Below, piece after piece: positions 49,535 to 61,994 of a stretch of 64,000 nucleotides of DNA. How positions within the stretch are numbered: position 1 is the first letter of the stretch; each line of letters starts with the position of its first letter. This DNA is from Octopus bimaculoides (lineage: Eukaryota). The stretch is from assembly GCF_001194135.2 (NCBI RefSeq), contig NC_068998.1, positions 33,573,102-33,637,101 on the forward strand, in the 5' to 3' direction. The translations under genes were made by a program, and so were the position numbers. A model generated the notes under the pieces. That model searched no databases, was not told the DNA's origin, and saw only the letters and a program-made list of their open reading frames with translations.

Positions 49535-50860
49535 AAATAAGAAAATGGAGAGGGTAATCAATCGACAAACATCATCCTGTAAACATTCATTTGAATCTAT
49601 TTATTAATTAATTACAATGATATGGATAAGTAACCAAAATAAACATGTAAAATAAACAAATAAGCAAGTAAATAAATAGATAAATAAAAATAAATAAATG
49701 AAAAGAATAAATGAGTAAAAAAATACTAAACTCTTACAGCTGTTTCTACTATGGGGTTGTCCAATTCACCGAGTTTTCCACATCATACCAGTAATATACA
49801 GGGATTGTACAAAGGTTGAACACACATTGGACAGGGGTTGGACACTGATTGCACCCCAAAGCTTCATCAGAGGGACCATAGTGTTAGGGATCTAACATGT
49901 GAGGGAGTAAGGTAAAATTATAAAGTAAAATAACATAATAGAAATAGTAAGGAATAATAAAAATGTCAAGTCCAAGGTGATATCCATAAGCTATGGGATT
50001 AAAACTTATGGTGAAGAAAGTCACTTCCATGAGTATTATCCATAGGTTATGAGAGGTTATGAGAGTTACATCTTATTTCAATTTTACTGGGAGAAATAGC
50101 GAGGATAAGACGTTGTGGAGTGAGTTTAATGGGATGGTCCATATCACAGGAATCAAAAGTTAGAGGCTAACTGCTATGTAATAGAGCTTCATAAAAATAA
50201 TTAACAAAGTTAACTTAATGTAAACTTGTTTGGGGAAATCAATACATAAGCATATCAATGAAGGAATAATTTGGGTAAAACCTTAGTCTGATGTTATTAC
50301 TTGTTACTTATTAACAAAAACCTCATCCTAATACGCCTATGAAGAGTAGGGTGAGGTCAAAGTTAATCCTGTAACTTAACTGGTCCACTAATATTTGAAA
50401 AAAATAGCGTTGTTCAGGTCTGTTAAATGTATCAATAAAATACAAGACAAATAAAAACAAAAAATAAAAATATTCAAGGAATGAATTGTCTAATGAATGG
50501 GTGATAAATAGTACTTACAGTTATGCATATAGTATTTTTTATGAATATACCTGAGATATATATCAAGTTTATCATATTTATTATATTCAAAGTTATCATA
50601 TTCAGACAATTACTTTCAAACTTGGCAAATTGAACAACACCATAGTAGAAACAGTTGTAAGAGTTTAGTATTTTTTCACTCATTTATTCTTATTCATTTA
50701 TTTATTTTCATTTATCTATTTATTTACTTGTTTATTTGTTTATTTTATATGTTTATTTTGATTACATGTACATATGATTGTAATCAACTAATAAATAGAT
50801 CCAAATGAATATTTACAAGTTGATGTTTGTTGATTGATTATCCTCTCCATTTTCTTATTT
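49535..50860 (-). mobile_element. Penelope-like non-autonomous element with an inverted partial terminal repeat
   Basis: Arms 49535-49776 and 50618-50860 are inverted copies of about 240 bp. A hammerhead motif lies on the minus strand across the left arm. No ORF in the body. Confidence 0.65.
49731..49874 (-). ncRNA. Type I hammerhead ribozyme motif with palindromic stem III and an enlarged stem II
   Basis: CUGAUGA (49870-49864), stem II GCUUUGGGGU/ACCCCAUAGU plus UGUCCAA/UUGGACA, GAAACAGCUGUA (49746-49735; ACAGCUGU palindrome, GUA triplet), weak stem I UCCC/AGAG. Confidence 0.62.
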
Positions 50861-51038
50861 CCTTTATTAATTTTGGGTAAATTACTGTTTTACCCCCACT
50901 CGTACCTATTATTCAATTGCGATACCGCCATGCAATAAAAAGCACTTGGATAAAAATATTTAGGTATACATCCAGTAGTATATTGGTTATATATTATCTC
51001 TTAGATGCATGCTTAAACTCATATAGACATATATATTT

Positions 51039-51074
<36 letters not shown>

Positions 51075-51114
51075 TTATATATATGTATATATATATTAAT
51101 ATGTATATATTTAA

Positions 51115-51193
51115 ATTGATATACCCTCCTGCCTTCATCAGATGTCTTGGGGAAATTTCAAACCTGGGTTCTCATTCCTAAGGTATTTTTTGA

Positions 51194-51240
<47 letters not shown>

Positions 51241-51392
51241 TCACTGCCTGGAATTGAACTCGGAGTCTTGGGGTTAGTAGCCCACGCTCTTAACCACTAC
51301 GCCATATGCCTGGGCATATGGCATAGTAGTTAAGAGTGCAGGCTACTAATCCCAAGATTCCAAGTTCAATTCCAAGCAGTGACTTGAACAAC

Positions 51393-51442
<50 letters not shown>

Positions 51443-51456
51443 CAACATCGAAAATA
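51115..51456. mobile_element. Head-to-head palindromic dimer of a tRNA-derived SINE (family C)
   Basis: Heads 51235-51310 (-) and 51313-51388 (+), 10 mismatches in 76 bp. A box TGGCGTAGTGG and B box GAGTTCAATTCC. Each head is followed outward by (AAT)n and AACATC(G/A)AAAA. Confidence 0.82.
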
Positions 51457-51481
51457 TTATACGCTACTTATAATGCATAAG

Positions 51482-51640
51482 ACGATGAGCTTCTTTCAGT
51501 TTCTCTCTACCAAATCTGCACACAAGCCTTTGGTCGACCTGAAGCTATAGTAGAAGACATTTACCCAAGGTGCTACACAGTGGGACTGAACCTGGAACTA
51601 TGTGATTAGGAAGCAAGCTTCTTACCACACAGCCCACCTA
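51482..51640 (-). mobile_element. SINE family A, 5' half
   Basis: GCTTCTTTCAGTTTCTCTCTACCAAATC..GGGACTGAACC..ACCACACAGCC. Confidence 0.72.
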
Positions 51641-53087
51641 TACCTGTGTATGTGTGTGTGCATGCATGTATGTGTGTGTGTGTGTGTGTGTTTGTATTAG
51701 ACAGAGAGAGAGAAATAGAGAGGAGGAGAAAGAGAGAAGGGAGAAAGAGAGAGGGAGAGAAAAGAGAGAGAAAGAAAATGAGATGAAGAGAGTGAAAAAG
51801 TAAATTTATTTTTCATATTTTCTTTGCCAGTGTTAACAATATAACTGGCGGCATTCACAGTCATATGAATTTTAGAGAAAAATTCTTAGCATGGATTCAA
51901 TAATTTCTGCATGTTTTCACTAATTTTATAAATACTGTTTTATTCTTTCTCACATCCTCCTCTTCCTTCTTTCTTTATCTCTTTCATTCTCACCTCTTCA
52001 CTTTTTCTTTATTTTTCTTTATATGTTTGATACATGTTCTTCAAAAATAATATTTTTCAGTTTTTGCATTAAAATAACTTATTATCTGTACATCAGAATT
52101 TTTCATATCAAAAAAGATTTCTTGCCCATTCTTTCATAGTATATCAGTTTTGAATGTAAATTTATGTGCAGCAAAAGCAATTCAGTAAAAAATAAACAGA
52201 AAATTTGAAATTATTTTCTTGACCTCAGGTAATGAAGCTTGAAGGAAATGAAATGTGTTGTATAAAACGATAAATGGAATAATGATATGAGTTAGTTTGC
52301 TGGTGATATTTTAAACATGACATCACTGCAAATACTTTTAACTACAGCTTCAACGACACAGATCTCCTCCCTGTTGTCACTTACACCATCTTTCTTGACA
52401 GATGCTCACTTCACTAATGTAAAATAGAGTGTTGAGCCATGATGTCTTTTGACAGGTGGAATTTGGATTTTTCAAGCAGGTCTGATGATAAATTCTTTGC
52501 AGTCACATGGGTCTGGATGCAGTCCCACAGCACAAAACGTCAGGCAAGGGTCTTCCACCATAGCTTTATATGAATAGTATTTTGCATATGGAATCTGCAT
52601 GACAGAAACTTTGAGGAAACTCAACAAGTATCTATCAGTTTGTCTGTCTGCTTGTACACACACATGTGCGTGCATGCATGAGAGAGAGAGAGAGACACAC
52701 ACACACACACATACACACACACATATACACACACACACACATTGAATGTTACTAGTACCATGTAATCTAATACAACCTCCTACATGGTCAAGCATTCAAT
52801 AATTGAAGTGCCCCTCCACCATGTTAGTCTGGTGAAGTGAGTTAATACCTGCCAACAAATATGTGTTTTGATGTATTTGATGCTGACTAATGTACTTTTC
52901 AATGAATACTACATATCACCTACATACAAGCATGTATGAAAACACACACACAAGTACACATTTGTATGTGTGTGTATGTGTGTGTGTGAGTGTGTGTGAG
53001 TGTGTGTGTGTATGTATGTGTGCTATAATATACACTACCATAATATAATCTCTTCAAAAAGTCACATCCAAATACTACCACAAATCC

Positions 53088-53119
53088 ACCTCCTCCTCCT
53101 CCTATTACTACTCCTACTC

Positions 53120-53179
<60 letters not shown>
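53088..53179. repeat. (CCT)n grading into (CTA)n microsatellite
   Basis: Direct reading. Confidence 0.96.
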
Positions 53180-54768
53180 AAATCTGCCAAAAGGATAGCT
53201 GAACCCAGCATAGTGTGTATCTAGCAATAGTACACAAGGATATAAAAATGCTCAATGGGTAAAATGAACTCCATGTAATACCACTTTGGGAATGATGAAC
53301 TCCTAGTTCTGGACACAAGATCTGTCCAGAAGCAGAATAGTAAGGAGGTTTCATTACATCTAATTTGTGTGCACAGAAAAATGGAAAACAAAGTTATCCT
53401 AAATGAGGTTCTATTACAACAAATGCAAAAGCACCAATTCTAAAGACTACATAGTGATGTGTCCTGAGTGCTTTATCATGCAAAATGAAAGTGAAGTTAC
53501 CAAAGGAAACTCTTCATAATTATCCTGGCTCTGTGATCAAATGTACCATTCTAAAAATAGAAGGAAAAATATTAAGAAATAAGTCAAAAACATCTGAAGC
53601 CCTATTTCCAAATGCTTTTTATCCTATATACTGTTAGCACAATAAAAAGAAATATTCATTTAGAAAGATTTCTATATGGCACTCCTTCTGAAGACTATTG
53701 AAGAATTAGCTACTTGGGGAAAAGTTATGAACAATTCATGACAGCAGATGATCCAAATGTGATCTTGATGTTTACGTATCCAACATCCTTTCATTACCTT
53801 AACAAAAATTCTTACTAGCCTTCCAGCAAATTTGACTGATGTCCTGATTTGTTATACTAGTTGTTTACCATTCACAGTAATATCTATGGGGAAAGTAGAA
53901 GAACAATACATTATCATACTGGAAGCTCTTGTTAAGATTTTTGCTACATGGAGTTTGGATTACAAAATAACTTATAACAGCTTTCGATTTTTTGAGTTGG
54001 TGTTTACATTTTTAGGTTGGTGCATACAAAATGTTTCCAATTATTTTTTATCAATCAGTATGGAAAAACTTAAGAAGCTTAGACTTGTGACTCAGTACTT
54101 TATTGATGAAGTCTTTGCTTATTTTGCAACTCAGCGAATGATCTCCTGGATACTTTTCCTCTTTGAAAAAAGTATTTTGAAAAATTCCATATCCTTGAAG
54201 AAAATATATCACAAACAATACACTGGATAGTAATTCAGTCCAGTTGATTATTGAGTCACATACAAATGTTTGTGTGCCAGGTTCACAGCATCTTGTTGAC
54301 ACTTTCATAGGTATGAATTTATGTTCACTCCATGTTAAAGAGCCTTAAATGCACTGTTTTCTCAACAAGAATTTGACCACTTTATTGAACTATACAAACA
54401 GAAACACTTTGGAATATTTTGAAGAATTGCTTATAATCTTCAAATATAAATGTACTTTGCATCTTTTGAAAATTTCTTATCTCATAATTATATTTATATT
54501 CTTAGAAAGAAAATAGACACAGATTACTTGAAAATATAGTAAAAATATACATAATTTAAAAGACATGTTGGACTTAATAAATTTACAGTAAGATGTTTCA
54601 AAAAAGTTATCAAAATATAATTTTTGATATTTTTTTAATGTTTTTTTTTCTATGAATATATCCTTCAACCAAATTGCTTTACAGTCAATATTCTTTTGTC
54701 AAATACATTTTTGATAAATAATTCATATCCCATAGATACACTCACTCCCCCTCATATGCACATTCTCA

Positions 54769-54813
<45 letters not shown>

Positions 54814-55297
54814 CATTATCTACCGTCATAACATTAAGCAATCTTTTCTAGAGGCCATATTCTTACAACAAATAATAAAAATAATGATAATAATGGTGAT
54901 GATGATTATCATCATGATTATAACTGCAACAGTAACAACAATAATATTAACTATTTTTGAATTAGTCACAAGGATAGCTAATATAGCTAAAGAGATAAGA
55001 TATTGTTTATTAATTGAGAAAAACCATGTACTTTTTGGCTTCAAGAAAAACAAGCCTTAAACAAATCAGATGGAAAAAAAAACTTGAGTGACAAGTAAAA
55101 GAGGCAGTTTTGATTGAAACTGAGAAACAGTATGATCTAATGCTGACTTGGGCGAGGGTAGAAAAGAAAAAGATACAGGCAATTTGTAAAAAAGACATAG
55201 AGAAAGACAAATAGTGAGAGCAAGTGATTAGGTATTACTGCAGAAATAAATAAAACAGAGTGGTAAAACAAGAATAGACAGAACTTTTATATATAAA

Positions 55298-55362
<65 letters not shown>

Positions 55363-56709
55363 GTATAAAAGTAGTGAATAATACATGTAACTATAGAGTT
55401 AAGGTTCTAAGACTTAGATTCCTTGGTTGCAATGTCTAGCTTATATAGTAGGAGAAAGAAATATTTATTCACACTTTCATATCTTTGCAATTGTTTTAGT
55501 TCCATAGTAGCATATATAACCATTAAATCGTATACTACCTACACATCTTACAATTGTACAACTGTTTCAATACTGAGTAACTTTCAAAGATATATATGCT
55601 TAAAAGCATCTGTAGGTATTTTGGAGATTACATAATAAAAATGTCAACCCAAAATCCACAAAGCATCCATGTTTCGAGACATGTGTGTGAGTGAGTGACT
55701 TGTAACAATTGCATATAAATGTACAAGTAAATGTTTTTGTGTCCTAAGTCAATATAATGCTTATTATATTACTAAATTTCTGAATGTATCAGAATTTTCA
55801 ACAACTGATCCGAAAAACTTTCATTTTGTTTTCTACAGTACAATTTAAATTTTTAATTTTAATTTATTAAGTAAACATCAAAATATTCTTTCCTTTATTT
55901 TCCATTACTCAATAAACTTCTGTGTATAATATCAATCTCTTGGCTAGGTGTCAAGCAATGGATATTCACAGTTTTTACATAGTTTAATCTCTGATCTTTT
56001 CAATAATTCCAGGGTCTTATTTTTTTGATAAGTGGTTGTTTTGTGGATGCTGCATTGATGTTTTTCATAGATGTCATATGTTTTCCCCCAAATAAACTGT
56101 TGAACATACATTTATTCATACCTTTGTGAAGATACATATGCATTAAAACAGTTGAACAATTGTAAGGTAATTTAATCCTTAACAGATAAATATATTGATA
56201 GCTTGACAGATAAGCAACAGGTAGGCAGGTAATTTCGTTTCGTGAGAAAGTGATTGAGTAAGATATGCTTTATAATTTGTTTTGCCCTAACACTCAGAGC
56301 CATTCTGGAATGATTTGTGATAGTTGTTGTATAAAAGAGAGAACAGCATTGATTGGCAAATAAGAATTTAATGGCTATAGATTGAGAAAAACACATTGAA
56401 ACAAAATATTGACAATGACAAAACTATTACAAATGGTGACAAGAGCAATTTAAAATTTAATCTGTTTTATATGAAAATGTTTACCATTTAAAAATGACAG
56501 TTTGATTAATTACTTTGGATTTTTAAACTAAAAGATGTGCATGCAGTTTCTGTATCTACTTAAGATTACAGATTTACATGCACACATACATGTATATGTG
56601 TATATGTACATATGTATATACAGATATGTGTGTGTATGTATATGCAAACATACATGCATATACATACATTTATATACATACATATGCATACACATATATA
56701 TATATACAT

Positions 56710-56786
<77 letters not shown>

Positions 56787-57271
56787 TACATACACACATA
56801 CCTAACCACCCACAAATAAAGTAGAAAATTGGATTTAGAGATGCAAGTAATACTCACAGTAAATACTATCACAAGGAATCGACTATCAGTTCATGTGATA
56901 ATTAAATTATGATGTAGTTTAACCTGTCCAGGCAACCAAAAACTCAACCTATACAAGTAGTAAATATTTCCATAGTGAGTAAATAATAATCATAAAATGA
57001 AGAGATATGGGTAGTGAATACAAATTTATTATTATTGCAAATATAATATGCAACATATTGCTGAAGCAGACATATTGATGTAAATTGTATATATTAATTT
57101 GGAATGTTAATAATACTACATTGAGAAGTGCATGGAAATCAAATGGAAAATCAATTGGAAAATAATAAAACTGTATTCACTTCTGACATATACATACATA
57201 CAAACATACACACACAGATACATATTTGAACATATATGTGGAGGTATACATATATATATATATGTGTGTGC

Positions 57272-57499
57272 CATCATCATCATCATCATCGTTTAACGTC
57301 TGCTTTCCATACTAGCATGGGTTGGATGATTTGACTGAGGACTGGCAAGTCAGAAGGCTGCACCAGGCTCCAATCTGATGTAGTGTAGCACCCACTACAC
57401 TCTCTGAGTGGTTGACATTAGGAAGGGCATCCAGCTGTAGAAACTCTGCCAAATCAGATTGGAGCCTGGTGTAGCCATCTGGTTTCACCAGTCCTCAGT
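57272..57499. mobile_element. RTE 3' end with an internal inversion
   Basis: 57272-57379 is the minus-strand tail of the RTE 3' UTR. 57388-57499 is a plus-strand segment of the same UTR (compare 48948-49060). Confidence 0.82.
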
Positions 57500-58068
57500 T
57501 GAGCCCATGTGGTGCAAAGGAATAAGGAGAGAAGATTAATTCCTGTTCATGGCGAAGGCGGGAGTCCGGATAGTCCCTGTGCAAAGAAAATCTGAACACA
57601 GACAGATGTTGTAGCGAATGCCAGGTAGGCTGGGGTGTCATTGCCAAGTCTGATGTCTTGGAGGTGCTCTGTGAACCAGTCAGCTAAGCGGTGTCCTGTT
57701 TAGAGGAGGGCAGAAAGAGCAGGAGGTAAATGATGTTACTAGAAGTGCAAGTAAAGGAGTTGGTGATATGATAGGGATGATGATGGGTGCCTGTGAAGAT
57801 GGTTGTGTTGGAGAGATTGGGGCAAGTGCAGTAGTATGGGTGGGAGAAAGGGAACGAGCCAAGTTGGGAGGTGGGTTAGGGAAGAAACTCTGGATCAGGA
57901 GGTCATGCAGGTTGTGGGCTCGTTTGAAGGAGAGAAGGGGTAAGTTGGGGAAGATGTGTGAGGTGGAGGGGTCGGACTGGAGTCGCCGGGAGGCTTAGAG
58001 AATGGTGCCTTGGAGGGGTGATAGGTAAGGGGAAACAGGAGACAGGCAATAGCAGGGTGGGTGCTGGG
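57499..58068 (-). mobile_element. Penelope-like element 3' coding remnant with a GIY-YIG endonuclease
   Basis: PVSLTYHPS; LQSDPSTSHIFPNLPLLSFKRAHNLHDLL; FTCTSSNIIY; GHRLADWFTEHLQDIR; RLRHEQELIFS..FAPHGLN. Frameshifted, and the YIG half-motif is damaged. Confidence 0.86.
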
Positions 58069-58077
58069 AGAGAGAGC

Positions 58078-58130
<53 letters not shown>

Positions 58131-58183
58131 AATGAGTGGGTAAATGAAAGAAAGGGGACTGAACACATTTATTAGGAGTTATA

Positions 58184-58384
58184 ATATATAATATTCAAAA
58201 CAATTTGATTTGGATTCAATCCTACTTCAAGTTTTGCAGGCCCCTAATAAAGCCTAATTCCTCAGGTTCATGGAATAACCAAATCCAGCTATTCCATGAG
58301 AAGCCTGAAGAGGTAGGATCTGTTAGGGGCCTGCATAACTTGAAGTAGCACAGATTCTGAATCAGTGTTTTGAATATTATATAT
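58184..58384. repeat. Short inverted repeat with a nested hairpin
   Basis: Arms 58184-58247 and 58323-58384. Inner 10-bp stem TCATGGAATA/TATTCCATGA (58268-58277, 58290-58299). CTGAAGA at 58305-58311. Confidence 0.77.
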
Positions 58385-58392
58385 ATATATAT

Positions 58393-58695
58393 ATTCTTTT
58401 ATTCTCTTACTTGTTTCAGTCATTTGAGTGTGGCCATGCTGGAGCACTGCCTTTAGTTGAACACACCACATCAGTTGTCAAGCGATGGGGGGGGGGGGAA
58501 ACAGATACACGAACATATACATATATATAGATACGATGGGCTTCTTTCAATTTCGTCTACAAATCCACTCACAAGGTTTTGGTCGGCCTGAGGCTATAGT
58601 AGAAGACACTTGCCCAAGGTACCATACAGTGGAACAGAACCCAGAACCATGTGGTTGGTAAGCAAGCTACTTACAACACAGCCACTCCTATGCCT
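58393..58695 (-). mobile_element. SINE family A with an internal deletion
   Basis: Tail and head collinear with 19283-19761, but the CCCCAGGACTTATTC..AAGTTAC block is missing. Confidence 0.83.
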
Positions 58696-59136
58696 GTATA
58701 TATCAAATAAATTAAAGCACTCATTCTTAGGTCATTAATTAAGTGTGGCATATAAAAACAGATTTGTATTTTTTTGTTTGTGTTGGGACAGGAGTAAACT
58801 GAAGTCACAGATATTACTGAATTGTACTAGATTGATCCCAATAGGCAACTATGATATTTATTCTGAAGAGTCTGAGGTGAGAGAGGACAAATATTTACTC
58901 TATGATAAATAGTTTTCAAGTAAGTAATTTCCACTCAGTGTAACTGTTATAAAATGATCTAAAAACTTTTCTAATTTATAATGTAATTTATACTTAACTT
59001 TATGGTAATGCTAAACTAGAATATGCCATCTTTCAAACTTAGAAGCACTTAAATTTTAGAAAAATGCTTCATCCACTCTTGAATGAAACAAACCTTGTAT
59101 AAATTATGGTCTTGCTTAAAATTTAAAATATCAAGA

Positions 59137-59201
<65 letters not shown>

Positions 59202-61867
59202 AAAATTATTATTATTAACTTCTTTTGCATTTTCACTTTGATGGTATAATTTTTTTTTGTTTTTTTGTTTTGCTACAATTATGTGGGGAAAAGGTAGTTG
59301 AAAACGAAGTGTAGCAATGCATTTAGAAGGTTTTTTAAGATATTAGCATAACTGTTTGTAATAATATAACTTCCTACCTGAAGCTAATCCTTCTAGGTTT
59401 AAATAACAAAAAATAAAAAAGTATGATTAAATTGATATAGGTATTCTTATAATTAATATTTCTCGCTGTAATGAAATCCTAACTTTCAATAAGCAATATC
59501 TGAAAATTTGAATTCACAAATATAACAAAAAATACCAATATTTCTATATGGAGATGATGCATTACATAAGTTTAATAATTATAGCTCTAAGTATAAGAAT
59601 AATGAGATGGTGGTTGTGGTGGTAGTGGTGGTGTGATGGTGGTAGCAGTAATGATAGTAGTAGTTAGCTAAGCAATGAATAATCCTGTCTTGCCTTGACA
59701 TATGATACATATATGGTTTGCTAATTGTCACTAATTTAAGTACAATTAGGGTAGATGTTTAGTCCCCAATACTTGATGGGTACTTTCTTTTACTCTTGAA
59801 AGGATGAAATGTAGAAGTGACGTTAGTGGCATTTGAACTCAGAATGCAAAGGACAAAAAAAAAAACATTACTGAAACACATTTTTCGTGGTTCTCAAATG
59901 AGTGTACCCGTCACCACCTTTAGTCAACTACTACTAATAATAATAATACAGGTAACAGGTAAATTTGTTGTTGAATGATTCAAGTAATTGAGTCTTCCTC
60001 AATAAGATTTACAAGATTTTGATTCACCCTACAAGTCTGTGAGCAAAACTGAAAGTACAACTTTTATTTATTTATTTTTGATCTGAGTCAGATGTAGGGC
60101 AGAGCTCAAACACTTTTCAGAATCTCTATAGCTGATGGTAGAAAGTTACCCTTAGAAACCAAGTCCAAATAATCTCTGTCTGTCTTGCTGTTTGGAAGAT
60201 TCAGTCATGTAAATTATATGCTAGAATTTTTGCTAAAGTATAGACTTCAGCATATTTGCTGAAGTAGTGGAGAGAGAGTCATTCAGTTCATGAACAATAT
60301 TGCTGACAGAAAGTTGTGAAAATTAACATATTTTAAAAATATAATGTTAGTCATTAGGCTAATGTTATTTTTCTCTCTGTATTATTAATTTTAATGAGAT
60401 TTTTGTTATACTGATTATATAGATATGGTAAATCTAAGTTATCTAATTATAGCTTTCTAAGTAAAGAATATTTCTGAATAAGTTTCTTCAGTGATTGATT
60501 TTTCAAATATGCTAAATTTTCTTGTGAAGTCTATGTCTTGCTGAGCAGATAAAAATAAGACTGAAATATACCTAGGGTTATTTCCCTTTGATGTAGGTGA
60601 TATTGGAAATAATATTTGTCACTAACCTAATAATTTTCTTACTATGTAATTGTTTTTAAATAAATTCTGTTTCACACTGCTTTAATCTTTACATGACTAT
60701 TGTAGGTAATATTGGGATGTAATCACAGCTAATGTTATTCTAGTAGTCTCGCTATTTTTATAAGTTAACTTTTCAAAGTATACAAAGTAAAATAAAACAA
60801 AGAAATTAAGAATTAAGAGGAGAGAGAGAGAGGAAGAAAGAGAGAAAAGGAGGGGAATGTATGTGTGTATTTATGTGTGTGTCAAGAGATGAGTAAAATA
60901 GTTATATAATACTAAAGTCATATTATACTAAATGCTGCATAGCCATGTTGTGTATTATAAAGTGGATAATGACTCATCAATATAAACTGTCTGTACAGCA
61001 AGTGAAAAATTATGCATTTCAGTATTCTGTGTCACACAATGTTGGCATAACTTAGTGTTAACATGGAAGACTCTACAGTTAGGAAGGAGAATTGTCTCTA
61101 TTCTGCTGTTTAACAGCTTCATTTAATTCTGTTTAAGAGATAAGACAGAATGGAAAATTGGTGAAAAGAGCAGCAGCAAGATAGACAAAGAACAATAGAG
61201 TGTGTTGGAAATGTCATGAAGTGAATGGAATAAATTGGTTAGTGAATCTAAGCTTGAGTAATAGGGCAGCCAGTTGGTGTTCTGCATATTATTGCTTTGC
61301 AGTGATGAAGATGAAATGGTAGTGTTGGTGGCGGATGTGGTGAAAATAGCAATGATTGGTATAGTAGAAGTGCTTGTGGGAGCAAGGAAGGTGATGGTAG
61401 TGGTGGTGGTGATGAAGATGGTTCTTGTTGGGGAAAATGGTTGTGGAAGTAATTCTTGTGGTGATATGATGATTACAATGGTTATGGTAAGATGGTAGTT
61501 GTTATGATGGTCATGAAAGTAGGTATTATGGTGGTATTGGTTATGAAGTCAATAGTTTAGGATCTCATTGTGAATGTCACAAGTAAATTGTGTTTTAATC
61601 CAAAGCATTAAGCAGCTTAACATTTTCTTCCAGCATTAACAACTGGAATGAAGAAATCTCTTGAAAATGGATTGTATTTCTTTTCTTTTCCTTATTAACT
61701 GAAGAAAATCTAATCAAATCTGTCCATGGTTGAAGCAATGCTCTCTACAACATAAATCAGACTCTAAAAAATACTGAGTCTCAAAAGCATACTCAATCCA
61801 ATTCATCCCCTCCGACATAGGATCATATTTTATTTCCTGAAAGACATTTCTAGTAATCTGTGTTATG

Positions 61868-61994
<127 letters not shown>

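Noticed and set aside
51235-51388. tRNA genes at the palindrome, and at SINE A/B heads elsewhere
   Set aside because: They have A and B boxes but no acceptor stem closure, and they continue into SINE bodies and tails.
54013-54040. TTAGGTTGGTGCA resembling a mariner TIR
   Set aside because: I found no matching inverted partner or transposase remnant nearby.
60243-60264. 9-bp hairpin ACTTCAGCA-TATT-TGCTGAAGT
   Set aside because: Expected by chance in 64 kb of AT-rich DNA, with no supporting context.
61274-61570. 74-aa V/M-rich ORF in a GGT/GAT-rich tract
   Set aside because: Decayed trinucleotide microsatellite.
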